Assembly: GCA_002687355.1 (NCBI GenBank)
Contig: NYZZ01000041.1
Coordinates: 38,156 to 102,155, forward strand
Length of the DNA: 64,000 nucleotides
Direction: 5' to 3'
From: Methanobacteriota archaeon
GTDB taxonomy: Archaea; Thermoplasmatota; Poseidoniia; MGIII; CG-Epi1
Below are positions 55,854 to 64,000 of the stretch, one piece after another. Below the pieces are notes generated by a model. It saw nothing but the letters and a program-made list of their open reading frames with translations, did no database searches and was not told the origin of the DNA. Positions within the stretch are counted from its first letter, which is position 1. Each line of letters opens with the position of its first letter. The position numbers were made by a program, and so were the translations under genes.

Positions 55854-57580
55854 AATCCTGTTCGCTTGAATTTGCGATCGAGTTCCGCTGGTGTGATAGT
55901 CATCACCGTCGGACGTCCATGGACGCAAGCATAGGGGTTGGGAATGGATGCCATCTCACGAATTACGAACTCCATTTGCGCTAGTGTCAGCTTGTCGCCA
56001 GCACGCAGCGCTGAGTGGCACGCAATCGAGTAGAGCAGTCGTTCATGCCGTTCTTGCGCCGACTTCATGCTGCCCGATTCAATGATTTCCTGTAGCGCCT
56101 CACGCACGCGTCGTGGACCACCACCAGCGAGCAGTGCCGGGACCGAGCGCACGATGAAGCTGCTGGCGCCGAAGCGTTCGATAGCGAATCCAAGTTCGCC
56201 CAGTTCCGGTAGCACCTGTTCCAGCGCTGAGCTTTCGGCGCGCGACAGCTCTAGACTGAGCGGTTCGAGTAGTTCTTGCGTACCTACTCGCTGATATTGC
56301 GACTGGAGTCGCAATCGCTCGTACATCACTCGCTCGTGCGCGGCGTGGAAGTCAATAATATAGACGCCATCCGAGCCTTTTGCTATTATATATCGGTCGT
56401 CGAGAAGTTCTAGTGGCCTCATTCCCGGCAGATTGCTTGTCGACAGTGGTTGGTCAGTCTGCTCTACCGCCAGTTGTGCCTGTACTCCAGCCGTGGTAGT
56501 CATTGCTACGTCACCGGCAGTGGCTGCTGCTCCTGCAGTCGCAGTATGCGACAGTGCGGGGACAGGTTCGCCCAGCTCTAAATGTGGTACCAGCGCCTGT
56601 TCCCGCAGCACCTCCTCAACCACCTGACGCAGTGCTGAACAGACTGCGTCTTCGCGCGCAAGCCGCACCATTTGTTTGGCGGGATGGACGTTAGCGTCTA
56701 CATCCTCGGACGGCAGTGTCAGGAAGAGAGTGCCGACGGGAAAATGCCCTTCGTGCAGCAGGTTTCCGTAGGCGGCGCGAATTGCGTAAGCTAGCGGACG
56801 TGCCTGCACCGGGCGGGCATTGATGTGCAGGAAAAGCTTCTGCGGTGACCGCAGGGTGATGGCAGGCTTAGCGAGCATTCCTGCAATGGAGAGTGTCGAT
56901 GATTCGAAATTGAGTTCGACCAGTTCGCGTGCAGTCTCACGCCCCAATAGCACCCCAATACGCTCGCGCATATCGCCTGGCGGAGCGTCGATGAGCGTGC
57001 GTTCACCATGTACCAGCTCGAAACCGACGTCAGGATTGGCGATGGCGAGCACCGTTACAGCGCGCATGATGTGTCGCAGTTCGGTTGCCGGTCGCTTCAG
57101 GTGTTTGGCGCGTGCCGGCAGCGCGTGGAACAGCTCAGCCACCTCAACCGTGGTGCCAGCTGGTGCAGCAATGTCCTCAACAGCTTCAACGCGGTTGTCC
57201 TCAACTAGCACGCGCGTTCCGTTCTTGGCATCAGGTTCGCAGGTAGTAAGCCGTACCCGCGCTACGGCGGCGATTGACGCCAGCGCTTCGCCGCGGAAGC
57301 CAGCGGTCGGCGCTGCAAGAAGATCGTCAAAATCACGGATTTTGGAAGTGGCGTGCTTCTGGAATGCGAGAAGCGCGTCTTCGCGCTCCATACCGTACCC
57401 GTCATCGCGCACGCTTACCAGCGCAATACCTCCCTCCTCGACTCGCACTGCGATGCGGCTGGCTCCGGCGTCGAGCGCATTCTCGACCAGTTCCTTGACC
57501 ACTGACGCTGGCCTTTCGATGACCTCGCCGGCGGCGATACGGTTTACGGTATGTTCATCCAGCAGCCGGATACGCCCCAT
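55850..57580 (-). CDS. mutL: DNA mismatch repair protein MutL
   Basis: GHKL ATPase N-terminus (VNRIAAGEVIERPASVVKELVENALDAGA), a C-terminal dimerisation domain. 576 aa. Confidence 0.9.
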   Translation of the reverse strand: MGRIRLLDEHTVNRIAAGEVIERPASVVKELVENALDAGASRIAVRVEEGGIALVSVRDDGYGMEREDALLAFQKHATSKIRDFDDLLAAPTAGFRGEALASIAAVARVRLTTCEPDAKNGTRVLVEDNRVEAVEDIAAPAGTTVEVAELFHALPARAKHLKRPATELRHIMRAVTVLAIANPDVGFELVHGERTLIDAPPGDMRERIGVLLGRETARELVELNFESSTLSIAGMLAKPAITLRSPQKLFLHINARPVQARPLAYAIRAAYGNLLHEGHFPVGTLFLTLPSEDVDANVHPAKQMVRLAREDAVCSALRQVVEEVLREQALVPHLELGEPVPALSHTATAGAAATAGDVAMTTTAGVQAQLAVEQTDQPLSTSNLPGMRPLELLDDRYIIAKGSDGVYIIDFHAAHERVMYERLRLQSQYQRVGTQELLEPLSLELSRAESSALEQVLPELGELGFAIERFGASSFIVRSVPALLAGGGPRRVREALQEIIESGSMKSAQERHERLLYSIACHSALRAGDKLTLAQMEFVIREMASIPNPYACVHGRPTVMTITPAELDRKFKRTGF

Positions 57581-57623
57581 TGGAACCGGGGCATTCGCAA
57601 GCAGTTAATCAGCCTGATGCAGG

Positions 57624-58400
57624 TCAGGTATCGTATCTCTTTGGCAAACCAAGCAGGTCCCCTATTCCTTTGAACGTTCCTGTTACAGATTCTATCAAAG
57701 AAACGCCATATTTTTCCGAAACAAAATGGGCTATGACCAAGTATACCGACGCCCCGATCACTTGTAGTGGAAAACTTTCTGGTATCCCCATAAATCCAAT
57801 CTCACCAAACTCATGTATAGATTTCATCACAAGATAAGCTGCAAATCCAATTAGTAATGAGGTAGACAGATTGAACATGAATCTGATATCAAGATTCTTA
57901 GTGGAAGCAAAGAGTGCATATCCAATTATTACGGCCAACACAATCCCAATGAATAGACCCGTAATGGCATCACCACTTTCCGTTCCTGCACCTATGAAAA
58001 TGACGGTTTCAACACCTTCTCTCCAAACTGAAATGAAGGCTAGTAGGCCAATTCCAAATGCCTCACGCGTTTCAATCGCCTTTTCTGCTTTATTTTCTAG
58101 AACTTCTCTAGTCGCGTGTCCTATAACGTGCAGAATGACAGTGGTAATCAGTACTGCGGCAATTAGATACAGCACACCTTCAAAAAGCTCCTCATTCGTC
58201 TTTGAGAACTCACCAACAATGACCTCGAAGGCTTGCCAAGTTAACACGCTAGCTACAAGCGCGAGTAAGACTCCACCCCAGACCCATTTGGCCATAAATT
58301 TTCTATCAGTTCTATACAGTAGACTAACCAATACACCTATTATAAGTGCAGCTTCGAGAGCTTCTCGAAATCCAATCAGAAAGCCCGCTTCCATGTCCAT
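57624..58400 (-). CDS. FTR1/EfeU-family high-affinity iron permease
   Basis: Two RExxE motifs in TM helices (FREALEAAL, WREGVETVIF). 258 aa. Markedly lower GC than flanking genes. Confidence 0.7.
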   Translation of the reverse strand: MDMEAGFLIGFREALEAALIIGVLVSLLYRTDRKFMAKWVWGGVLLALVASVLTWQAFEVIVGEFSKTNEELFEGVLYLIAAVLITTVILHVIGHATREVLENKAEKAIETREAFGIGLLAFISVWREGVETVIFIGAGTESGDAITGLFIGIVLAVIIGYALFASTKNLDIRFMFNLSTSLLIGFAAYLVMKSIHEFGEIGFMGIPESFPLQVIGASVYLVIAHFVSEKYGVSLIESVTGTFKGIGDLLGLPKRYDT

Positions 58401-58432
58401 TTTTCACATCTCTATTACTTAGGGCAGTCCAA

Positions 58433-58448
58433 TTTAGGTCAACCTAAA
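58433..58448. promoter_or_regulatory. operator-like palindrome 1, TTTAGG-tcaa-CCTAAA
   Basis: A perfect 6-bp inverted repeat with 4-bp spacer in the ftr1/dtxR divergent intergenic region. It resembles DtxR/IdeR box half-sites (TTAGG...CCTAA). Confidence 0.55.
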
Positions 58449-58466
58449 AACCATCTCTATATAAAA

Positions 58467-58482
58467 TTTAGGCCACCCTAAA
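58467..58482. promoter_or_regulatory. operator-like palindrome 2, TTTAGG-ccac-CCTAAA (adjacent TATA-like tatataaaat)
   Basis: A second identical-arm palindrome 34 bp from the first, immediately flanked by an AT-rich TATA-like element. Confidence 0.55.
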
Positions 58483-58513
58483 TCATATTGTATATAATAC
58501 GATAAATGAGTTA

Positions 58514-58529
58514 TTTAGGGTTTCCTAAA
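58514..58529. promoter_or_regulatory. operator-like palindrome 3, TTTAGG-gttt-CCTAAA
   Basis: A third copy 47 bp from the second and ~30 bp upstream of the dtxR ATG. The position is consistent with autoregulation. Confidence 0.55.
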
Positions 58530-58559
58530 TTTTTTATACGACTCCATCTGTAATCTGCC

Positions 58560-59219
58560 ATGGCAGTTATGGATGCTCTATCCGAAAGCGCTGAGATGAT
58601 GATTAAGAATATCCATGATTTATCCTTGGATGGAAAGCGTGTTAGAACCTCCGATTTGGCGCAGAAAACTGATTTGAAGCCAGCATCTGTAACTGAGATG
58701 ATTCAACGTTTAGGCGAGATAGGGCTTGTTGATTATCAGGCCTACCACGGCGTTTTTCTTACTAAACAGGGGCAACATGTAGCGGATGTAATAGGATATA
58801 GATTCAACATACTTCAACGATTTCTAACTGAAATATTGGGTGTGGAAAAAGAAGAAGCCGCCGAGGTTGCTTGTAGAATGGAACACATTCTAACCCGAGA
58901 TGTCGAGACTCGTTTGAGTAATTTCTTAGGTGTTGATTCAGATAACGCTTCAGAGATTATCAATAAGAAAATAAGCGTTGATTCCGAACCCGAACCTGAT
59001 TTCCTTCCATTAACTAATTTTAGAGAAGGCAAAACAGGCAAGGTACGCATAATTCTAGAAAAGAGCGAGCTGACAGAAACTTTGGAACAGGCCGGTCTGT
59101 CTCCAGGTCGTACGATTATAGTCAAGAAGGTTAACGACAAATGCTATGATGTCGAAACGGAGAATGCCTCATTATCTTTGGACAGAGATCTAGCAGCCAA
59201 GATAATAGTCCAGAATTAA
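58560..59219 (+). CDS. DtxR/MntR-family metal-dependent transcriptional repressor with C-terminal FeoA (SH3-like) domain
   Basis: An HTH plus the metal/dimerisation region (…FNILQRFLTEILGVEKEEAAEVACRMEHILTRD…), and a C-terminal FeoA-like GKTGKVRIILEKSE...GRTIIVKK. Divergent from ftr1. Low GC. Confidence 0.8.
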   Translation: MAVMDALSESAEMMIKNIHDLSLDGKRVRTSDLAQKTDLKPASVTEMIQRLGEIGLVDYQAYHGVFLTKQGQHVADVIGYRFNILQRFLTEILGVEKEEAAEVACRMEHILTRDVETRLSNFLGVDSDNASEIINKKISVDSEPEPDFLPLTNFREGKTGKVRIILEKSELTETLEQAGLSPGRTIIVKKVNDKCYDVETENASLSLDRDLAAKIIVQN

Positions 59220-59557
59220 TGGCTTCCAAAGGCGTTCTCTATCTGTTGCTAAGCGGGCCTGCCAACACAGCACACGCGCTGGAATTGCTACGCCTGGCTG
59301 AGTCTCAGGCCGGCTTGGGCGACCACGGTGTTGCGGTGCTGCTGCAGGGTGACGGTGTCGAGTGGCTGGCTGAAGGAGCGAGCAGCGAGGCGCAGGCCGC
59401 ACTACAGGTAGTCTCAGAGCTGGGTGGCGGTGTGTTCGCTTGCTCCCACTCGCTTGCCGAGCGAGGCGTTGTGCCGGCACTGCAGGTACGCGAGGCGCAC
59501 GCGCCACAGCGGATTTCGCAAGCAGTCGCGCACGGCTGGCAGGTTATCTCTGGCTAG
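59219..59557 (+). CDS. DsrE/DsrF/TusD-like (YchN fold) small protein
   Basis: 112 aa with MASKGVLYLLLSGPANTAHALE...VFACSHSLAERG, the pattern and conserved Cys of DsrE-like sulfur-relay proteins. Its start overlaps the dtxR stop (TAATG). Confidence 0.5.
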   Translation: MASKGVLYLLLSGPANTAHALELLRLAESQAGLGDHGVAVLLQGDGVEWLAEGASSEAQAALQVVSELGGGVFACSHSLAERGVVPALQVREAHAPQRISQAVAHGWQVISG

Positions 59558-59636
59558 CCGGCGCAAAAGCGTTTAACTACCTCCTAAGTGGCGCGCCCAC
59601 CGCGGTCCAGAGGGGCCCGATAATGGAGTGAATCAT

Positions 59637-59957
59637 ATGGGCAATGCAATTGAGGTAACAGACGACACATTCGCGTCAACCATCGCAGATAACCAGCTAG
59701 TGCTGGTGGACTTCTGGGCACCGTGGTGCGGCCCCTGCCGCATGGTTGCACCAGTGCTGGAAGAAATCGCCGATGAGCACGGTGACAAGGTGACTGTCGC
59801 CAAGGTGAACACCGATGAAAATCAGGGAGTTGCGTCGCAGCACGGTATCATGTCCATCCCGACAATGATGCTTTTCAAGGATGGCGAGAAAGTCGACCAG
59901 ATGGTCGGTGCACTACCCAAGCCGCAGATAATGGCAACATTAGAGAAGCATTTCTGA
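59637..59957 (+). CDS. trxA: thioredoxin
   Basis: [18 protein letters not shown] is the canonical WCGPC active site. The ATG at 59637 is preferred over the upstream GTG 59628. Confidence 0.85.
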   Translation: MGNAIEVTDDTFASTIADNQLVLVDFWAPWCGPCRMVAPVLEEIADEHGDKVTVAKVNTDENQGVASQHGIMSIPTMMLFKDGEKVDQMVGALPKPQIMATLEKHF

Positions 59958-59964
59958 ATAAGGT

Positions 59965-60558
59965 TCAACCGCTGACAACACGTACTTCGTCGCGCTCCAG
60001 CTCACTCCGTAGCTCCGCTGCATCCTCGACCGAGAGCTGGCACCGCAGCGTGAATCCCTCATACATTCCTTCGATACCACACGCCTCAACTGCAATTGGG
60101 CCTTCCGCACCACCCGCCGGCGCTAGCGTGACGTTGACCAGCCCGTCGACCGGGATACCGCCGGTGGTCGCCCGTCCTGCGAATCGGTCCAGCAGCTCCC
60201 CCGCGGTCGGCGTGCCACCGTCTAGTACCAGCACGTCGCCATAGAGCATCAGCCATCGCCCCGGATGGTCAACAGCTGGCCAGGCACGCGAAGCAGGCAG
60301 TGGCGGTCGTTTGTCTTCTGACATGCCCGCCCAGCGTCCACGTTCGCCGCTCCAGCCTTCGTCACTAGCCCCGCCATCACTGGAAAACACGTCGGCGGGC
60401 ACAGCCAGTAGGGCAACAGCTGGCACCCAGCGTTTTCCGTCCCAGATCAGTGCCGAGTGCGACAGCTTGCCGCTGTCCAGGTCGGCGCGCAGCCTAGAGG
60501 CGGGAATCGGCCCGTAGGTTTCGTCGCCGACTTTGACAGGGTATTCGGGCTCGCTCAC
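59965..60558 (-). CDS. hypothetical protein with N-terminal DUF4339-like (GYF-like) domain
   Basis: YGPIPASRLRADLDSGKLSHSALIWDGKRWVPA matches the DUF4339 pattern (G-P-x...G-x-L...W.x.G..W.P). The rest is Gly/Ala-rich with no recognisable motif. Confidence 0.45.
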   Translation of the reverse strand: MSEPEYPVKVGDETYGPIPASRLRADLDSGKLSHSALIWDGKRWVPAVALLAVPADVFSSDGGASDEGWSGERGRWAGMSEDKRPPLPASRAWPAVDHPGRWLMLYGDVLVLDGGTPTAGELLDRFAGRATTGGIPVDGLVNVTLAPAGGAEGPIAVEACGIEGMYEGFTLRCQLSVEDAAELRSELERDEVRVVSG

Positions 60559-62837
60559 GCCTGGTTCGAGTCGTAGCGGTCGCCGTCGGTCCAGATAGTC
60601 TGGTGCCAGTAGGTACTGGTGAAGGTAGCGTCGGTGACGGTGGCGCCATTGAAATTGGCGAACTTGAGGTCCGCACTATACAGGTAGGCATCCGTGAGAT
60701 CCGCCTGATACAGGCTGACATCCGTGAGGTCCGCACTAAACAGGCTGGCATCCGTCAGGGTCGCATAAGCCAGGTAGGCATTCGTGAGGTCTGCATAATC
60801 TAGGTTGGCATCCGTCAGGTTCGCATACTGCAGGTAGGCATCCGTCAGGTCCGCATTCTTCAGGTAGGCATCCGTTAGCTTTGCATTCCTCAGGTCGGCA
60901 TCCGTGAGATCCGCATAGGCCAGATAGGCATCCGTCAGGTCCGCATACCCTAGGTAGGCATCCGTCAGGTCCGCATACTGCAGGTTGGCGCTCGCCAGGT
61001 TCGCATCATCAAGGTCGGCATCCGTCAGGTCCGCACCGTACAGGTTGGCCTCCGTCAGGTTTGCATACTTCAGGTGGGCACCTGTCAGGTGGGCACCCTC
61101 CAGGTCGGCCTCCGCCAAGTTCGCATGCTCCAGGTTGGCCTCCCTCAGGTCCGCATACTTCAGCCAGGCATCCGTCAGGTCCGCATCCTCTAGGTGGGCA
61201 TTTGACAAATCTGCACCCCCCAGGTCGGCCCCTGTCAGGTTGGCTGCCGTTAGGTCAGCTCCCACCAAGTAGGCCTCCGTCAGGTCCGCACCCACCAAGT
61301 AGGCCTCCGTCAGGTCCGCATACTGTATGTCGGCGCCCGTCAGGTTCGCATCCTCCAGGTAGGCATTCTCCAGGTTCGCATACTGCAGCTTCGCATACCT
61401 CAGTTTGGCCTCCGTCAGGTTCGCATCATTCAGGGTGGCGCCCGTCAGGTCCGCATACGCCAGGTAGGCACTCGTCAGGTCCGCATACCATAGGTTGGCA
61501 TTCGTCAGGTCCGCATCCTCCAGGTTGGCGCTCGTCAGGTTCGCCTGATACAGAGTGGCATCCGTCAGGTCCGCATCCACCAGGTAGGTGTTCGTCAACT
61601 TCGCATCCCCCAGCATAGCATTCGTCAGGTCCGCATCCTCCAGGTAGGCATTCGTCAGGTCGGCATTCATCAGCCAGGCCTCCGTCAGGTCCGTATACTG
61701 TAGGTTGGCACCATGCAGGTCCGCCCGATACAGGTCCGTATCCGTGAGGTCCGCATGCTTCAGGTTGGCACCTGTGAGGTCCGCATACTGCATGTCGGCG
61801 CCCGCCAGGTTGGCGGATATCAAGTAAGCTCCTGCCAGGTCCGCCTCATACAGGTTGGCATCCGTCAGGTCCGCACCCGCCAGGTACGCACCCGCCAGAT
61901 CCGCATCCTCCAGGTTGGCATCCGTCAGGTCCGCACAATACAGGATGGCTTCCGTCAGGTCCGCCTCATACAGGGCGGCTCCCGTCAGGTCTGCATACGC
62001 CAAGACGGCTTCCGTCAGGTTCGCCTCATACAGGTTCGCAAACCTCAGTTTAGCATCTATCAGGTCAGTCCACTTCAGGTCCGCACCCGTCAGGTACGCA
62101 CCTGACAGGTCCGCACCATACAGGTTGGCATCCGTCAGGTTCGCGCCACTCAGGTTGGCGTTGCGCAGGTCAATCCACCTCAGGTCCTTCCCACTCAAGT
62201 TCATTCCTCCCATCTCGGCATCCTCGCACTTGCCGTACGGCACCAGATAGCAGGAGTTGACGTTAGCGAGGTCCTCCTCCAGCGCTTGGATATCGGCTGC
62301 GTGCTCCGCTTCGAGCAGCGCGATTTGCGTGGTGTGCTGGTCGAGCATCTGGTTGATATTCGTGATCGCAGTCTCGAGTGTCGTGACCCTCGCATCAAGA
62401 GCTGCGAGCTGTGTCTCGACTGCATTCAGGTCGGCTGTGACCGTGCTGATGTTTGTTGCGGCTGCGTTAAGGTCGTCTGCGCCCGCGCTCAGGTTTGCCT
62501 CCAGTGCCTCTATCAGCAGCAGGTCGGCATCGAGGATATCGATGATGGTATCGAGTTCCTCCTGTAGCTCGGCAATCTGCGCGTTGGTTGTGTTGTCCTC
62601 GCTCTCGTTCACGAGCGCGTCCATACGCGTGTCAAGAGCCTCGATGAGTGCAAGGTCGGTATCAAGGATGTCGGAGATTGCCTTGAGATCCTCGTTCAGC
62701 GTGGCGATGTCCGCGCTGTTCTGGCTGGTACCTTCTTCCAGCTTACTGGTGTCAACCGGTTCAGCTCCGTCCAGACAGCCGATTAGTGCCGTGGTCAGCA
62801 GCATTAGTGCTAACGGCAGGGTTGCGATGCGGGTCAT
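60555..62837 (-). CDS. secreted pentapeptide-repeat lipoprotein: lipobox signal peptide, ~180-aa coiled-coil with internal repeats, ~105 consecutive A(D/N)LT(D/E/G)A(N/Y)L pentapeptide repeats
   Basis: MTRIATLPLALMLLTTALIGC lipobox. Triplicated DL.AI.DILD.DL.LIEAL coiled-coil units. Then ~520 aa of uninterrupted pentapeptide repeats (…ANLTDANLYGADLSGAYLTGADLKW…). The ORF is open to 62891. Confidence 0.8.
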   Translation of the reverse strand: MTRIATLPLALMLLTTALIGCLDGAEPVDTSKLEEGTSQNSADIATLNEDLKAISDILDTDLALIEALDTRMDALVNESEDNTTNAQIAELQEELDTIIDILDADLLLIEALEANLSAGADDLNAAATNISTVTADLNAVETQLAALDARVTTLETAITNINQMLDQHTTQIALLEAEHAADIQALEEDLANVNSCYLVPYGKCEDAEMGGMNLSGKDLRWIDLRNANLSGANLTDANLYGADLSGAYLTGADLKWTDLIDAKLRFANLYEANLTEAVLAYADLTGAALYEADLTEAILYCADLTDANLEDADLAGAYLAGADLTDANLYEADLAGAYLISANLAGADMQYADLTGANLKHADLTDTDLYRADLHGANLQYTDLTEAWLMNADLTNAYLEDADLTNAMLGDAKLTNTYLVDADLTDATLYQANLTSANLEDADLTNANLWYADLTSAYLAYADLTGATLNDANLTEAKLRYAKLQYANLENAYLEDANLTGADIQYADLTEAYLVGADLTEAYLVGADLTAANLTGADLGGADLSNAHLEDADLTDAWLKYADLREANLEHANLAEADLEGAHLTGAHLKYANLTEANLYGADLTDADLDDANLASANLQYADLTDAYLGYADLTDAYLAYADLTDADLRNAKLTDAYLKNADLTDAYLQYANLTDANLDYADLTNAYLAYATLTDASLFSADLTDVSLYQADLTDAYLYSADLKFANFNGATVTDATFTSTYWHQTIWTDGDRYDSNQA
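60630..62190. repeat. intragenic tandem DNA repeats (15-nt unit with 30/60-nt higher-order periodicity) encoding the pentapeptide array
   Basis: Recurring ggcatccgtcaggtccgcata(c/t)... units are visible every 15-60 nt on the plus strand from ~60.65 to 62.2 kb. Confidence 0.8.
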
Positions 62838-62954
62838 ACGTGGGCATTTACGCTGGTCTAAATTAGTATAATCTATAGGGACGACCACCACGCCGGGTTG
62901 GAGTTGTAGCGCTCGCTGTTGTTCCAGACGCTGGGAGCTAGTATGTGCTGAGTT

Positions 62955-64000
62955 TCAGCTGCCGAAAATACGTTCGCGGTAGATGTAGCCCAGTGCCCCA
63001 AAGGTCGACGCCACTACTGCCACAATAAGTGCGATTGACACCCAGTCGCGTCCATCGTCACTCACGGCCACGGTCAGTGGTTTGACTTGCTGGCTCTCTT
63101 CCTTCTCCTCTACAACTACATTTCCAGAATCAGCGACTACGATAACAGTATGCTGTCCCGACGGGAGGTTGCTCCAGGTCGCCTCAACTACGTGTGTGTT
63201 CTCGATGCCAGCCACTAACGTAGAGCCGTCAACAGTAACGTTGGCAATCAGGTGCGCTGTGTCAGCCAAGTCGTAGTAAAATGCTACACTGAAGTTCTGA
63301 GTGATGTTCTCGTTGAACAGCTTCAGTTCAGCACTGATTAGTATGCTATCACCTTCAGTCGGCGCATCGTTCGAGAAATTGATTTGGGCGATTCCCAAAT
63401 TAGGCCGCAGCTGTTTGCCTACCATCACGGTGCGCACCGCCACATCTGAGTTGCCGGCGCGGTCAGTGACTGTTAGCAGCACGCTGTAGCCCTCATCGCG
63501 TGCAGCATCGTAAATATGGTCTGGCTGCATTCCACTGCCATTGACACCGTCACCAAAATCCCAATGGAACGTTAGCTGTTCGTGCGTGTCATAGTTGTCT
63601 AGAGTTAGGTTGGCGTTGAAAGTAGTAACTATATTCTCAACAGCAGACTCATTGAAGCTTTCACTTCCGGCCTCGTAGTAGGTGAAGGCAGGCGCGGGGC
63701 GAGTAATGTCGTTGACGTGGACAGTCTGCACGACGCTAGCAGAGTTTCCAGCTGCGTCGGTGGTGCTCAGCGAGACCTGATAGTCACCCGGGTCGAGATA
63801 CTGCTTGTTGACCACTTCGCCACTATTGGTGGTGTTGTCGCCAAAATCCCACTCCCAACTGCTGATGTACGATTGACCATCGCTTGATCCAGAGCCGTTA
63901 AACACCAGCGTCGAGCCGGTCGCTTCGTCGTCGGAGAACAACTCATCGACATTGGTGCCGTTGTATGGCTCGCCCGGATCGGTCGAGGCGATAGTGCCCT
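62955..64000 (-). CDS. PKD-domain surface protein with C-terminal TM anchor (5'-truncated by window edge)
   Basis: WDFGDNTT... and WDFGDGVNG PKD signatures. A C-terminal helix WVSIALIVAVVASTFGALGYIY. The reading frame stays open upstream of the TTG at 63941 to the window end (manual translation …GTIASTDPGEPYNGTNVDELFSDDEATG…). Confidence 0.7.
   Translation of the reverse strand, partial: GTIASTDPGEPYNGTNVDELFSDDEATGSTLVFNGSGSSDGQSYISSWEWDFGDNTTNSGEVVNKQYLDPGDYQVSLSTTDAAGNSASVVQTVHVNDITRPAPAFTYYEAGSESFNESAVENIVTTFNANLTLDNYDTHEQLTFHWDFGDGVNGSGMQPDHIYDAARDEGYSVLLTVTDRAGNSDVAVRTVMVGKQLRPNLGIAQINFSNDAPTEGDSILISAELKLFNENITQNFSVAFYYDLADTAHLIANVTVDGSTLVAGIENTHVVEATWSNLPSGQHTVIVVADSGNVVVEEKEESQQVKPLTVAVSDDGRDWVSIALIVAVVASTFGALGYIYRERIFGS

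Noticed and set aside
56820-57608. 262-aa plus-strand ORF antisense to mutL
   Set aside because: Overlaps the conserved MutL ATPase domain on the opposite strand; Ser/Ala-rich low complexity.
61061-61618. 185-aa Pro/Ser/Gly-rich plus-strand ORF, and several others, inside the pentapeptide gene
   Set aside because: These are alternative-frame readings of a tandem-repeat coding region. The minus-strand pentapeptide frame is the only one with signal peptide, start context and consistent repeat register.
60630-62190. Possible CRISPR-like periodic repeats
   Set aside because: The periodicity is 15 nt with no unique spacers, and it lies within a long ORF encoding pentapeptide repeats. There are no cas genes nearby, so it is not a CRISPR array.

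Overview
This window is a contiguous, gene-dense archaeal chromosomal segment. It has high GC (about 60-63%), acidic proteins and no obvious CRISPR arrays, rRNA genes or insertion elements.

Gene content, in order:
- 1-11.7 kb, minus strand: the large ribosomal-protein cluster uL15(partial)-uL30-uS5-uL18-eL19-eL32-uL6-uS8-uS14-uL5-eS4-uL24-uL14-uS17-Rpp29-SUI1-uL29-uS3-uL22-uS19-uL2-uL23-uL4-uL3.
- 11.9-16.5 kb: thiolase, a ValRS-like class I aminoacyl-tRNA synthetase, and folP.
- 16.5-20.6 kb: a 1382-aa integrin-like FG-GAP surface protein.
- 20.7-27.0 kb: tatA, a ScpB-like winged-helix protein, scpA, smc, and an upstream protein with a degenerate Fic motif.
- 27.0-30.6 kb: arsC, a pit/DUF47/phoU phosphate module.
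- 30.6-34.2 kb: a C39-like protein, then a low-GC island with a TlpA-CcdA fusion and a CPPC-motif secreted protein.
- 34.3-45.1 kb: transketolase, eL30, and the RNA polymerase operon rpoH-rpoB(unsplit)-rpoA1-rpoA2.
- 45.2-47.4 kb: tRNA-Lys(UUU), glpX and a class I fructose-bisphosphate aldolase.
- 47.4-55.9 kb: a CDF/ArsR metal module, secreted M28 and CocE/NonD peptidases, DUF1624, SRPBCC-YfcH, and a helical-repeat + Trm56-like SPOUT fusion.
- 55.9-64.0 kb: mutL, a low-GC FTR1/DtxR iron module, DsrE-like, thioredoxin, a secreted ~105-repeat pentapeptide lipoprotein and a partial PKD-domain surface protein.

The unsplit rpoB together with split rpoA argues against a haloarchaeon and fits a Thermoplasmatota or Marine-Group-II-like lineage; this is inference.

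The most unusual observations:
- A degenerate-Fic protein translationally coupled to smc-scpA.
- An RpoA'' with a ~340-aa N-terminal HhH-like extension, with NusA missing from its canonical position.
- A uL24 carrying a C-terminal SAP motif.
- An integrin-like giant protein with a cytoplasmic zinc-ribbon tail.
- A secreted pentapeptide-repeat lipoprotein.
- Three TTTAGG-N4-CCTAAA operator-like palindromes between ftr1 and dtxR.

The ORF track translates GTG and TTG starts as M; several starts were re-assigned from operon spacing, and the scpA gene was re-bounded from a stop codon found in the provided DNA (21989-21991).
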